A stretch of DNA of 64,000 nucleotides from Octopus sinensis (lineage: Eukaryota): contig NC_043012.1 of the NCBI RefSeq assembly GCF_006345805.1, positions 22,568,001 through 22,632,000 on the forward strand, written 5' to 3'. The notes beneath the pieces were generated by a model. The model searched no databases and was not told the origin of the DNA. It saw only the letters and a program-made list of their open reading frames with translations. Of the stretch, positions 12,743 to 26,355 are shown piece after piece. Position numbers and translations under genes: made by a program. The first letter of the stretch is position 1, and the number at the start of each line of letters is the position of its first letter.

Positions 12743-14204
12743 TATGTCTGAATGTGTGAGCATATGTTCTTATTAACTTCAAGCTTAACAGCAGATAAAC
12801 TACAAAAATAATGAATGCACATGCTGCAGCTTTTGAGAGACATATAATAATTCTTTCTATTATAGGCACAAGGCCTGAAATTTTAGGGGACGCAGGCTAG
12901 TTGATTACATCAACCCCAGTTAATGTAATCGGCTATCCTGAAAGGATAAAGGGCAAAGCTGACGTCAGCAGTATTTGAATATGAAGCCGGAAGAGATGCT
13001 GATAATAGTTTTGTTTGAAATGCTAACAATTCTGCCAGCTCGCTGCCTTTGTGAGATATATAATAATGATCCACCATAAACCTCATTGCTTTTGATATAA
13101 AGCAGATTCTTAGGCATTCCTTTCTAAATTTGAAGCAGAAAAATTTTCAGATTTCAGAAAAACAAAAAAATTGCTTGTGTGTGTGTGTGACAAATAATGA
13201 CATCGTTTCTTATAACTTAAGTCTATATCTCTGTAAAATTAATTACATACATGTGTTAAAAAAAAAAAAATTTCAACCAGCCGCCACCCCAAATATTTTA
13301 CCTCTGAGAATAGTCATGTCTGTCTTTGAGTGTCATGCTTATTCTTAGACTTATTCCTCTGGCACTTGTATACCGAAATTTGGCAAAATACCAAGAAATC
13401 TCATTAGATATGCAGAAAATTATTTTATTCTTTTTTAATATTATAAAAAAAAAGACTTGTACAGACAAAATATCACACACACACACACAGACAAACACAT
13501 TTTATATCTCTTACTCCACCACATATGTGTATAAATACAGATATGAGTGTGTATATATACACTCATGCACACTCATGTATTTATATATGTGTGTGTGTTT
13601 TATAAAATATTTATATGAATGCATGTATATATAAAAATTCATAGGTCTATGTATATGTGTGTGTTTATAATATATTTATATATATATCACTGAATACAGA
13701 CATTAAATGACAATGATGATGATCATATATATATATATATATACACACACATACACACATTCCTTCTCTCTCACATGCACACATATACACAAATACCACA
13801 TGTGCTTATATGTATTACGGCTTGCACATACACTCACTAATGGCAGAGTATAATGATATAGAATCATTTGACAGAAAACCTTTTCTGCTTGGTGCCCTAA
13901 AATTAATCAGTAAATACATTTTCCAAGACAACTAATTGCCGTGCTGTACTGCATCTTACCAATGGCAGTATGTAGCTTTTCCGAATGTAAACAAGTTCAA
14001 CTTGAGTCATTCTTCACAGCCCATTCAATTTATCTGTCACTGCTGGGATTCTGATTGAGAAATTGATGGCGTAGATTATTTGGGAATGGTGAGGATTATC
14101 GTAGAAATTGGTTTTAACATGTTAGAATTAATGAACATGTGCTTGAAAAATTATGTCTCCCAAGCTTAACTGTGTCGATATTAATGATATCTGGTGATAT
14201 CATA

Positions 14205-14525
14205 GGTGTGTGGTAAGACACATGCTTCATAACTACCTGGTTTCCGGTTCAGTCCCACTGCATGGCACTTTAAGTAAGTATCCTCTACTATAGCTCTAAG
14301 CCGACCAAAGCCTTGTGAGTAGATTTGATAGACAGAAACTGAAAGAAATCCATCGCAACTGGTTTTGGTTTGTTTATGTCCCATAACCTAGCAGTTCAGC
14401 AAAAGAGATCAATAGAATAAGTACTAGGCTTAAAGAGGAATACCAGGGTCAATATGTTTGAGTAAACCCTTCAAGGCAGTGCTCCAGCAGGGCCACAGTC
14501 CAATGACCAAAACAAGTAAAAGATA
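14205..14525 (+). mobile_element. SINE family A copy (tRNA-like head + CORE-like domain), diverged
   Basis: Aligns by eye to the full-length family-A copies (e.g. 27920-28310). Confidence 0.8.
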
Positions 14526-16259
14526 GAAATATTTTGCTGTGGATATTTAATTTTGCTTGGTTGGTTTGTTATAGTTGTAGTTTTAATCCCAAGTCATGCC
14601 TGAGGGAACAGATTTTGGTTCAAACATGCTTTCTGTATTTCAGTATGGGTACCATTTGTTTTTTTTGTTTGTTTGTTTTCTTTTTGAGTAATTAACGAAG
14701 ACTTTCACTCATTCTATAACACTCTCTCCATGCTTCTTCCTTTTACATTTTCTTTACTGTTCCTTTACACAATCTCACAAAGTGGCAAACTGGCCAAATC
14801 CTTGAACATGTTGGATAAAATGCTTAGCAATATTTCTCCCAGCTCTTTACAGTCTGGTTTCAAACCCTGCCAAAGTCTCCTTTGCCTTTCATCATTTTGG
14901 GGTCAATAAAATACCAGTCGAGTACTGGAGTCAATGTAATCTCAGAAGTCCTGAAACAAGTCACTCTTTCTCAACTGATTTGGTGACTCCACCTTTCTCC
15001 TAATAAATGTCCTCTCTCAAGTTTTAAAAAATTCATAAGTAAAATAAATTATTGAAAATTATTAAGTTTGAAACACTTTTCTGATATGATAAAAGGTTTA
15101 TAACAAATGATTTGATAATTATAAATTTATTTTGTTTTGGCTCTTTAAGTTCTGGTTTCAAATCCAACCAAGCTCAACTTTGCTTTTTGTCCTTCCAAGG
15201 TCAATAAAATATATAATAGTATTGTAATGGAATTGCTTTACTTTAATTGATAAACTCTTCCCCAAATTTTTGGCCTGGTTCCTACATAAGAAATTTAGAA
15301 GCTTACATATTAAAGCTAATAAATAAATAAAAAAGTCCCCCACAAAATGTAGAATAAAAGCCAAGTAAATGAATCAACTAAAACCACCAATATCCAACTA
15401 AATGTCTAAATCACCTGACCTATGTCATTTAAGTTCACATCGAAACATTTAACAGATCATGTTTCGTTATGTTTCTCTTCAGTTGTTGCTAGTCCAGTCT
15501 CCTAGCTACCCCCAGTCCCTCAGTTTCCTGTCGGTCAATCTCGGTCACCACTGACAACCTCCACCATTTCAATACTGCAAACTATCACATTTCTGACACA
15601 TGAAATCAAATGATAATATCACATCATAAGAGAAAATTATGTAGTTAAGAAATTACAATTAATCAAAAGATGGTATAAAGAATTAATAGCCTTAAAGTCA
15701 GGAACTAGATTTTGTTCTTGGAATATAACTGTACTAGTTTGCAGGTATAATTAATGTTCAATGCCAGAAGGAAAATTTGGTGAAAATTCTACAATATTAG
15801 ATATTGTAAAAGCAAATTATTGATAATTTATGAGGGTTAGTGGCTTCTTCACCAAACAGTGCACATCTAATCTTAATTTAGCAGATAAACGTATAACGAT
15901 GTATTTACCTACACTGACTAATATTAACGCTGAAAATCTATAGACACATAATTCATTTCATATATCATTTGATTAATGCCATATATGTGTGTGTGTGTAT
16001 GTGCATATCTGTGTGTGTGTGCATATCTGTGTGTGTGAATACAAACAAACTTTGACAACAAAATTTAGCTTTTTTTCCCTATATCTATCTACTTATCCAT
16101 CTGTTAATCCATCAAAATTTGTAAATGTTGAAGTACACACACACACACACACACACATCACATATCTGTTGATTTTAAACAATCAAGGAAAGAAGTACTC
16201 AATATCATAGAAAGCAGTAGTTTATTTTGGCTGATTCAGTAGACAGTTACTCTGGAGTT

Positions 16260-17345
16260 TCCTTGACCACATGCTGGGAGAAATTCCAGAATAACAGACT
16301 ACTGTATCATTCTAAATAAATAAATTACATACATGGTGGATGGAAGTATTTATAGAAATGATGGATTATCTTTATTATGAAATGTGAATGAGCATGATGT
16401 AGATTCAGAAAATGTATTCAAATGTTCGGTGAAATAGAGTTGTAAGTTACAACTGAGAGCAACTTAGCAGAAATAAGTTTTCGAGACATAATAATAGATT
16501 TAAATTCTTCCAAATTTTCCATTTATTATAAATCTTATAAAAGGTTATTGTATATTAATAAGGTTCTAATCATCCATCAAATATTTTCCATAACTTAGTC
16601 TCCAATCTTGATAGGAGGATATCATCACAACTGGAGATTAAGATGTTTTTGCAAAACCTTCACATTTCTATAATGAATCATTTAGTAGTTGTAGTAGATT
16701 TTCAGAGAGAATAGAATATATACCCAAGTCTGTAGCTTCCAAAAGAAGAACAAGGTATATAAAAATCCTGTGGTATAATCTAATTTTTAGCTTGAATGTT
16801 AAAACAAATATAACCAAGGAGTTTCTTGAATTAATTTTGCTTTATGAGATCTTTAATAGAAATCCTATTAAAGTGTTTTTTTACTCTTGTTGCAAGAATT
16901 TCAGCAGCTCTTTTAATTTGAAAGCACATGTCAAATAGTAGTAATACAAAAACTGAGAGCAGGTGTAATTTCAGAAAATTTAGAAACTGCTTGCTTAATA
17001 TAAAACTGTTTTGTCAAGTTCTTGATGTACTGTGCCAAAGTGGAATTGAATGAGAGCTTACAGCTGAAATTTTACATTGGATCAACAGAAAATGAATATA
17101 AAATGAAATGTTATGCTTATAAGCATTCATTGGTTAACCCAAACAGGAAATTTAGGTGACTAAGTTATAATAGTGATAATACTTTCAATATGAAATGGTC
17201 TATCCTTGGTTTTGCACCTGCATACAAGTATGGTAACAGTAGAAAGAAACTGAAATGTGATCTTTGCTTAGCAGAAAAGATATTAACTTTGCAGTGCAAT
17301 AAATAACAATATTCATTCATGAAATGACATCCTGAGTACTTGGTT
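16260..17345 (+). mobile_element. Degraded Penelope-like retroelement (RT C-terminal part + GIY-YIG endonuclease)
   Basis: Translated pieces: IYRNDGL (16348-16368, cf. YRDDG RT motif), RRTRYIKILWYNLIFSLNVKTNITKEFLELI, FYIGSTENEYK..YKHSL.NPN (from 17070), MKWSILGFAPAYKY..KCDLCLAEK (about 17190-17280). This order is typical of Penelope-like ORFs; many stops and frameshifts. Confidence 0.85.
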
Positions 17346-18119
17346 AAATAAATCAAATAAGTTACTTTCCAATTTTCCTAACACTGGTTCTCCACAGAAA
17401 TATTTACAAGTTTCTGACAATTTCCATTTCATTTTTGTTTTTTGTTTAGCCATTTTCTCCCATTTGTTTCTTTGGTGTCATGATGCAGGCTGCTTTTTAT
17501 CACCTTACATCATCTACATCATCATCATCATCATCACTTAACATCTATGTTCTATGCTCATACAGGTTGGATTGTTTGACAGGATTTGATGGGTCTAGGG
17601 ATTGCATCATGCTCCAATTTCTGGTTTATTAATGATTTCTACAGCTGGATGCCTTTCCTAACACCAACCATTTTACAACATTTACAGATCTGTTTCAGAT
17701 TTTGAGTTTGTTTGTTGGAGAAGAGAGCACACACAAAGTTGCAAATGATGAGGCTGTGAATGGTGATGGAAGTTAACGCTTGTTTATTCACAATTTTTTC
17801 TTCGGTTTTGTACAAAAAAAAGAAAATTCTAAATGTCCAATGCAAGCTTTGAACAGCTCATTGCCATTTTTCTATCCTGGTGTTGAATAAATGATTTAAC
17901 GAAACAGGTGGAAAGAAAGTATTCATATGACACATTAAGACTGCTGTTACATGAGGTTAAATACTCTCTGCCAATGGCTTGCAGTGTCCTGCTTGTTCCA
18001 TTACTCAGAGTATTTTATTTTATAGCAATGTGTCAGTCCACCTTTAGTCACTTGGGGGCGGTCGGAATCCTTCCACAACAATATATATATAGATATGCAC
18101 ACACACATACACACACACA

Positions 18120-18545
18120 CAATCATCATCATCATCATCATTTAACATCTGTTGTCCATGCTGGCATGGGTTGGACAGTTTGACTGGGCTGGCACACTGG
18201 AAGGCTGTGCCAGGCCCCAGTCTGATCTAGCATGGTTTTCTATGGCTGGATTCCCTTCATAATGCCAACCACTCCAAGAGTGTAATGGGTGGTTTTACGT
18301 GCTGCCGGCACAGGGGTCCTTTGCCTGACACCGATATCTGCCATGACCGGGATTTTGCTTGGCTTGATGGGTCTTCTTCTCAAGCATGACATAATGCCAA
18401 AGGTCATGGTCATTGCTTCCATAAGGCCCGACACTCAAAAAGAACTCGGCACTTTGACCCCATGGGGCCCAATGCTCGAAAGGAACTTAGCTGCCTTGAC
18501 TCTGTGAGGCCCCAACACTCAAAAGGAACTCAACCACTTGCCTCC
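18120..18545 (-). mobile_element. Family C variant with a different internal segment and short internal repeats (GGCCC..ACACTCAAAAGGAACTC x2-3)
   Basis: (CAT)n tail and GGATGCCCTTCC-like motif, then a distinct interior. Confidence 0.75.
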
Positions 18546-18628
18546 ATATATATAAATATATACATACATATATCATCATGGTTAAACGTCCGCTTCCATG
18601 CTAGCATGGGTTGGACGGTGCTAGCATG

Positions 18629-18669
<41 letters not shown>

Positions 18670-18998
18670 GTAAGTATACCTATATAACAAGATACATGTA
18701 GCTGTGTACTTGTTGGCTAGACTACATGGTTATAATTGAGTTTATGCCATGATCAAATCTAGAGTATCTCTTGGTAGCTGGATGGTTGGTTTGTTTACAC
18801 CTGCAGCTATACTGTTTGTAGTATTAATAGTCATTTGCAGATATTTTGTGCTTATTTTTATATTTTGAACTACAGTTGTACATTTTAAAATATATAAGAA
18901 AAATATATGTGTGTGTGTGTGAGCATGTGTATATACATGTATTATATATATATATATGTATGCATGTATGTATGTATATATGTATTTGTGCATGTGTG

Positions 18999-18999
<1 letters not shown>

Positions 19000-19050
<51 letters not shown>

Positions 19051-19336
19051 CATATTTATTCAAGATGAATAGATTTTGTCACTTTTATAACACATACAGC
19101 ACAAGCAAACAAACATATACACACAAGGAAATATGTATAGAACTACAAACTTTAAAATAAATATACAGTAGGTGCAGGCATGGCTGTGTGTTAAGAAACA
19201 TGCTTTATAAGCATGTGATTTCAAGTTCAATCCACTGCATAGCACTTTGGACAAGTATCTGCTGCTAGAGACACCTGGGTTGACAAATACCTTGTGAGTG
19301 AATATGGTAAGGCAGAAACTTTGTAGAAGCCCATTG

Positions 19337-19368
<32 letters not shown>

Positions 19369-19383
19369 ATGTGTGTGTGTGTG

Positions 19384-19419
<36 letters not shown>

Positions 19420-19740
19420 GTGTGTGTGTATATGTGTGTGTGTGTGCATATTTATTTAAGATGAATAGATTTTGTCACTTTTATAACACATACAGCACAA
19501 GCAAACAAACATATACACACAAGGAAATATGTATAGAACTACAAACTTTAAAATAAATATACAGTAGGTGCAGGCATGGCTGTGTGTTAAGAAACATGCT
19601 TTGTAAGCATGTGATTTCAAGTTCAATCCCACTGCATAGCACTTTGGACAAGTATCTGCTGCTAGAGACACCTGGGTTGACAAATACCTTGTGAGTGAAT
19701 ATGGTAAGGCAGAAACTTTGTAGAAGCCCATTGTATATAT
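19000..19740. repeat. Tandem duplication, period about 396 bp, bounded by (TA)/(TG) tracts; contains a family A head
   Basis: AAGATGAATAGATTTTGTC recurs with ATG at 19065 and 19461. The non-microsatellite part differs by about 2 transitions and 1 indel. Confidence 0.92.
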
Positions 19741-19757
19741 ATATATATATATATGTA

Positions 19758-19884
19758 CTTTATTTAAAGCAGCAGAAAATTCAACAGAATTTTCTGCTGC
19801 TTTAAATAAAGCATATTACTTCACCACTGGTATTTGAGTACTCTTTTTTCCACCTTGTTTCACATTTATGTGTTTACTCCGGTA
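19758..19884 (+). mobile_element. Short palindromic element, same family as 42345-42573 but with the centre deleted
   Basis: Perfect 25-bp arms CTTTATTTAAAGCAGCAGAAAATTC / GAATTTTCTGCTGCTTTAAATAAAG around AACA. The tail is the reverse complement of about 42345-42415. Confidence 0.85.
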
Positions 19885-19902
19885 TATGTATACATATATA
19901 TA

Positions 19903-20413
19903 CGAGGGTGACTCCCAACACAAGAACATGTATCATACATCAAAATGAAGCTGGTCCTCTGTGGATCACATCCCTACTTCTCAACATAGTCACTGTTTCT
20001 CTCAATAGCAGTGTTCCACCTTTGAATGAGAGTATATATCCCTGTCTCGTAAAATTCTGTTGACTGTTCTTTGAGCCACTTCTTCACCACAGTTTTCATT
20101 TCCTCGTCACTGGACTATCATATCTTTGGCCCCATGAAAGAGGGTTTGAGGGGCAAACATTATTCCAGTGATGAGGAAGTGAAAGCTGTAGTGAAGAAGT
20201 GGCTCAAAGGACAGTCAACAGAATTTTACAGGGCAGGGATACATGCTCTCATTCAAAGGTGGAACACTGCTATTGAGAGAAACAGTGACTATGTTGAGGA
20301 GTAGGGATGTGATCCACAGAGGACCAGCTTCATTTTGATGTATGGTACATGTTCCTGTGCTGGTAATTATATCTATCCAAAACAAAATGGCATTACTTTT
20401 TGACTCACCTTCG
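19903..20413. mobile_element. Fold-back mariner-derived non-autonomous element (two inverted transposase 3' ends)
   Basis: TA flanks and termini CGAGGGTGACTC / GACTCACCTTCG. ORF 20071-20304 encodes DYHIFGPMKEGLRGKHYSSDEEVK..WLKGQSTEFY..GIHALIQRW..IERNSDYVEE, a mariner C-terminus. Arms about 19918-20113 and 20164-20359 are reverse complements. Confidence 0.92.
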
Positions 20414-21363
20414 TATATATATACTTATATGTGTGTGTCTGTGTTTGTGGATTTGTGTTTGCTCCCCACCTCATCATTTGACAACCTATGTTCTTTTGTT
20501 TATATCCCCATAAATTAACAGTCCTGATAGAATAAATTATAGACTTTCAAGAATCAAGAACTGGGGCCAATTTTTTTTGACTAAACCCTTCAAGGCATTG
20601 TCTGAAAATAGAAGATTTAATAACCTTATAACATACACACGTGTGCATGCACAAGCACACACACACACATGCACATAATAAACATAGTAACACATAAAAA
20701 TATACGGGCCTTAAATTGTATAAAAACTTAGTAGATATTCACACAAATATACATGCAGTTAGACACAGAGAGGGAGGGAGAGAAGGAGGGAAAGAGAGGA
20801 AGAGAGAGAGAGGGAGACAGACAGACAGAGAAGTGGTAAAGTCTACCTAATATGTACAGAGATATTCTTGTATAAGCATGATGGTTCAGAATTATAACAT
20901 CAAAAATAGAATCCTGTGACATTCCTGCTATTTCCAAGGATATTAACAATGTAAGTGAATCAATTTTAACTGGAAATGAAAACCAGCTTCTAAATTTGGA
21001 CTGCCAGGCACTTATGATGGAATAATAGCAGTGGAATCATGGACAATCGCACAGATGCACAAAATATGAAGTACATTATAACTAAAACAAGAAAGCCTGA
21101 TATAAATGCTATGATAACGCTGGTATGAATAACATGAAAGCTAAAAATTGCTGGATGTATTTTATGGGTGTTCTTTATTTACTGACTCATCTCTTTGCTT
21201 GTCCAAAGCCTTTTCCTAAATGTCCATGTTAGTTTTCAGACTTTTAGTTAGTCCGAGTTTCCTACATTCTGAGTAACATAAAGTTTTCCCTTCATAAGTT
21301 GCAAATTACTGAGGTGGTTAGAAAAAGGATAGGAATGTGGATCATATATAATGAATAGGTATA

Positions 21364-21592
21364 AGGCGTCGAGCTGGCAGAAACGTTAGCACGCCGGGCG
21401 AAATGCGTGGCCGTATTTCGTCTGCCGTTACGTTCTGAGTTCAAATTCTGCCGAGGTCGACTTTCATCCTTTCGGGGTCGATAAATTAAGTACCAGTTGC
21501 GCACTGGGGTCGATGTAATCGACTTAATCCATTTGTCTGTCCTTGTTTGTCCTCTCTGTGTTTAGCCCCTTGTGGGTAGTAAAGAAATATAT
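21364..21592 (+). mobile_element. Full-length SINE family B
   Basis: Complete head-to-tail match to other copies; A-box-like and B-box-like (GAGTTCAAATTC) motifs. Confidence 0.92.
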
Positions 21593-22769
21593 ACTGAATA
21601 GGTACCAGGGAGATATGTCCTGTGCACGACATGTGATATTACAGGTCAGACAAAGGGGTAAAATAAAGAATCAGTCCGAAAGTCACCATTCCTAATTAAT
21701 CAGAAAAACATTGTACGAATACATTTTTAGCATTCATTTGAAATGAGTCTAAAACTTTTGAATCCAGTGAATAGCAAGAATTGGGCAATAAAACCAAGTG
21801 ACATCTAATTAATTAGAAGAAGCTCCAAACTCAAGAATTTGATAGCCAAGTATTGGATCAATAAATGGTAACAAATTAGATGTCAGATAACCAAAGTTAA
21901 GACTCACCCAGTGACCAAGCAGGATTGATGCTGCTGAATGGTGATCTATTATTAATGATGGATTTTAGTATTAATTAATTATAAAATGTAACATAAATAT
22001 TTATAATGAATATTTTAAACACAGTTGCTTTCTTTTTATTTTGACTGCTTTACATTCCATTATTTCATTCTAATACCGATGGAATGGTTCATATATTCCC
22101 ATACTGTTAACAAACCTCTCTTTTACAACTTGATATCTTTGCAATTGATAATTAACCAAGTATCAATTGTTGTCAGACCGAATTACATAACTTGCCTGTT
22201 GTTCCAAGACATGAACTGCAGAAAATTTAAATAGACGACTCTGTGACTTCTACTTCAAAGGTATATAAAAATAGAATAGCAAACTGTTTCTATGACTTGG
22301 TTAGAATATTATACAATACAATTCTTTATCGTTATAACATCCAGTTTTCCATGCTTATTGAGGCAGATTTTCTATGACAGGATGCTCTTCCTGTTGCCAA
22401 CCCTCATCTATTTCCAAGCAAGGTAATATTTCCCCAAGGCCAGACAAGTTTTCACAGCATTTTGGAGATGAATGATACCACTTCTATAACAGTGACACTC
22501 ATTTACAACTATATGTGATCTCAAGATAAGGTGGCACAAGCATACACCCACTTGTGTGCGTGCACACATACACATACACACATAACTTATTGGCTTCCAC
22601 CACATTTCCATCTACCAAATCCATCCACAAGGCTTTGGTCAGCCCAGTGCTTATAATAAAAGACACTTACCTATAGTGTCATGCATTGGGATTGAACCAT
22701 AAACCATGTACTTGGAAAGCAAGCTTCTTAACCACACAGCCATGCCTATGCTTACAACAAATTTAAATT

Positions 22770-23140
22770 CTTTTATCTGTTTCAGTCATTTGACTGCGGC
22801 CATGCTGGAGCACTATCTTAAGTTGAACAAATCAACCCTAGGACTTATTCTATCGGTCTCTTTTGCCGAACCACTAAGTTACAGGGATGTAAACACACCA
22901 ACATCAACTGTTGAGTGATGGTGGGGGGACAAACACAGATACACACACAAATATATACATATATATATAGACATATATGATGGGCTCCTTTCAGTTTCTG
23001 TCTACCAAATCCACTCAGAAGGCTTTAGTCAGCCCAAGGCTATAGTAGCAGACACTTACCCAAGGTGCTACACATTGGGACTGAACCTAGAACCATGTGG
23101 TTGGGGAGCAAGCTACTTACCACACAGCCACTCCTGCACC
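22770..23140 (-). mobile_element. Full-length SINE family A
   Basis: Reverse complement of GGTGCAGGAGTGGCTGTGTGG... through ...GACTGAAACA tail, with an internal (TA/TG) tract. Confidence 0.9.
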
Positions 23141-23519
23141 TAATTAATCTATTTTGAGATATATATTGGGTTCAAATTTTGGCACAAGGCCAGCAATTTC
23201 AAGGGAATGAGTAATTCATTTACATCCACCCCCAGTGCACAACTGGTACTTATTTTAATGACCTCAAAATGATGTAAGACAAAATCAAACTCAGCGGAAT
23301 TTCAACTCAGAATGTAAAGATGGATGAAGTATTACCAGTGTGTTTACATTCCCGTAACTTAGCAGTTTGGCAAAAGGGACCAATAAAACAAGTACCAGGC
23401 TTACAAAGAATAAGTCCTGAAGTTGATTTCTTCAACTAATAGGTGGTGCTCCAGTATGGCTACAGTCAAATGACTGAAACAAATAAAAGAATAAAAGAAT
23501 GAAAAAAAAAATACAAATA

Positions 23520-23930
23520 GGCGCAGGAGTGGCTGTGTGGTAAGTAGCTTACTTACCAACCACATGGTTCTGGGTTCATTCCCACTGTGTGGCACCTTGG
23601 GCAAGTGTCTTCTACTATAGCCTTGGGCCAACAAAAGCCTAGTGAGTGGATTTGGTAGACGGAAACTGAAAGAAGCCTGTTGTATATATGTGTGTATATA
23701 TGTCTGTGTGTGTATATGTTTGTGTGTCTGAGTTTGTCACCCCAACATCGCTTGACAAACGATGTTGGTATGTTTATGTCCCTGTAACTTAGCAGCTCGG
23801 CAAAAAAGATCGATAGAATAAGTACTAGGCTTCCAAAGAATAAGTCATGGGGTCGATTTGCTCAACTAAAGGCAGTGCTCCAGCATGGCCACAGTCAAAA
23901 TGACTGAAACAAGTAAAAGATTAAGAGAGA
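23520..23930 (+). mobile_element. Full-length SINE family A
   Basis: tRNA-like head, CORE-like GCACCTTGGGCAAGTGTCTT, internal microsatellite and 3' half. Confidence 0.92.
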
Positions 23931-25148
23931 ATTTAAAATACTGATATTAATGATAAAACAACACTAATTACAGGAAAAGCAATAATGATGACAATGAGGA
24001 TGATGATGAAGACGATGATGATGATGATGACGATGATGATGATGATGAAGATGGCATAGATGTCATTCGTCGTAGGACTGCTGACTGCAATTAATCCTCA
24101 AATTAAAATTATTTTCTTTATATAATTCCAACAGGAATACTATCTTTAATTCTTTTGTCTTGATTTCCATTCCATACACCCACCATCTTTCCCTCACTCC
24201 ACCCCCTTCTTGTTTCCCTCAAGACAAGACAATATTATAGCAGAATTTAATTAAATGCAAAAATTCAATGTTGGTGCTAGACTTTGGTTCCTACATTCTT
24301 ACGAGCCTAGCCCTAGAGCAGATTTATAACATAGCATTTATCAGTGGAAGACAGCAAAAACACAACTTCTGCTGCAACTAGCAGACACAGAAACATTGCC
24401 ATTGTAAAGATTGCTCGCTTCAAATACCAGCAGCTTGCTTATTGTACTGTTTTGTTAGTGATAACCGTTAGCAAAATCACACCATGAACAAGATTGGCGG
24501 CAATTTAAAGATGTCCCAGAATGTCTTTATTTAGTGACATGTCAGAGTTGTTGGTTTAAGAAGAGAGAAAGTAATGCTAGCAGGTGTTTAATCAAAATAA
24601 AGATTTCGGTTCTGTTTTTGCAGCTAATACGTCTATATCTCATAGAAGAGACAAACAAGATATTTCCTTGTTTTCTTTGCCACAGTTGCTTATTACTGAA
24701 ATGGTAACACGGTAATAATACCAGATAATAGAAAGGATACTTACAAAGAAAATAATGGAAGCAAACTTTGAAATTAATCGTTATTAAATGGTAGTGACGG
24801 ATCTACTTCCTTGCCAACTTCATTATAAAACTGGGACAATGGCTTTGTGAAGAACGAATTCATGTGTTCGACTTACGCTTGAGTCATACCTGGCTTTCTG
24901 TCAGTAACAACAATGAATGTTCCAGTTGACATGACCAAAGGAACAGCCTTCTCATGAAACTAATGTGCAAGTGGCTGAGTACTCCTCAGACACAGGCATT
25001 TTTTTCCAGTTGAGTGAACTGGAGGAATGAATACGAAAGTGTCTTGCTCAAGAACACAAAGTGCCACTGGGAATCGAACTCACAATCTTCTGATCATGAG
25101 CTAAACACCCCTAACCACATCGGTCTTAAAAGTAGTTGGTTCACCATA

Positions 25149-25884
25149 CAGAATGGTTGAACTAAATTTGGTGATTTTGCTCTTTTTTTCCACAATCAGC
25201 TTGATGCATTGGCGAAAAATCAACAGCATTGGAGAGCATCAAGATTAAAGTTGAGAAAAAGTTAGCAGACAGGGTGGGCTGGAAGCTATGTGAATACTGG
25301 GAAAGAATTTACTTGTATCATAATGATTAGTGGAAGGTATCAAAATGCTGACATCCTGACTGGTGTCCAATGCTCTGTGTAAACTGTAAAATGTGATTTG
25401 GACAGATGTAATAGAGATAACAAAGCTCTGGCCAGGAGGAAGGGAAAAAGCAGGCATTCTGACTGAGTTCATATGCTAGGAGTCATCCAAGTTCTGCAAA
25501 GGGGGGCAATTGTTGCGGTTAGTGAAATGGATCTTGCACATAGGCTTAGACTTGACCAACCTAGGTTGGGTCACCTGAACAAGGCTGGATGTTGTGAGAC
25601 CTAAAATTAGGTGCTCTTTCTTAAATGAAAGACCTTGAAATGGAATTCGGACAACATCATTCATCATAATTTTGTAATGTTTTCACTGCTACAAACAATC
25701 ATGCCATTTGATTGAGATTTCTTTTTCAGTTTAGGGGCCCTGGCAACTAAGGGCCTCTCACTCAGGAAGAAAGGTAGACTGTATGATGTATGTGTGCCTT
25801 GTAGCATGGCAGTTAGCACACATACATCATACAGTAGGTGAGTGTTGTCTTTCTTATATACAATCACCCTTTCAACCATTTATG
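25149..25884 (+). mobile_element. Probable decayed Tc1/mariner-superfamily (maT/DD37D-like) transposon
   Basis: Imperfect inverted termini (AATGGTTGAA..GGTGATT on both ends). The translated piece NADILTGVQCSV*TVKCDLDRCNRDNKALARRKGKSRHSD resembles maT N-termini as I recall them. Confidence 0.4.
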
Positions 25885-26317
25885 AAACTATAAAACTTTC
25901 CTTAGTTACTGCATTTGATGACACGTAAGACATTTTTTTTCCCCAAAAATATCTCCATAAGTCAACCTGGGTTTTATATATGTAGCAGAGTCTCCATTAC
26001 ATGCTCTTATTTTTTTCTTTTTTCTCTGAATATGTCCTGCTGGAATTGAGGTTTGTCTAATATACTTGTGCATCTTTTATGCCATCATATATGGGATTCG
26101 TTCATTCCATCACTAAGTTTACAACTCTAAGAAATTGCTTTCATATTTCTTGTTTACAAAGCATTAAGGAAGAGATATTTACCAAGATGAACAAAGGTTG
26201 TCATACGTAGAGTAGAATGTGAGAATATTAACCAAAATACAGCTTAAACCAAAACATGTTAAACATGCATCCATGTATCAATCTGTCAATCTGTCTATCT
26301 ATCTATTTATCTATCTA

Positions 26318-26355
<38 letters not shown>

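Noticed and set aside
13950-14015. Minus-strand MTQVELVYIRKSYILPL followed by GTAAGA
   Set aside because: No homology and no compatible downstream exon; it could equally be non-coding.
21900-21960. Minus-strand peptide SPFSSINPAWSL before a strong GTGAGT donor, resembling an aquaporin NPA box
   Set aside because: Spacing does not fit the motif, the acceptor is poor, there is an upstream in-frame stop, and no other aquaporin-like exons were found.
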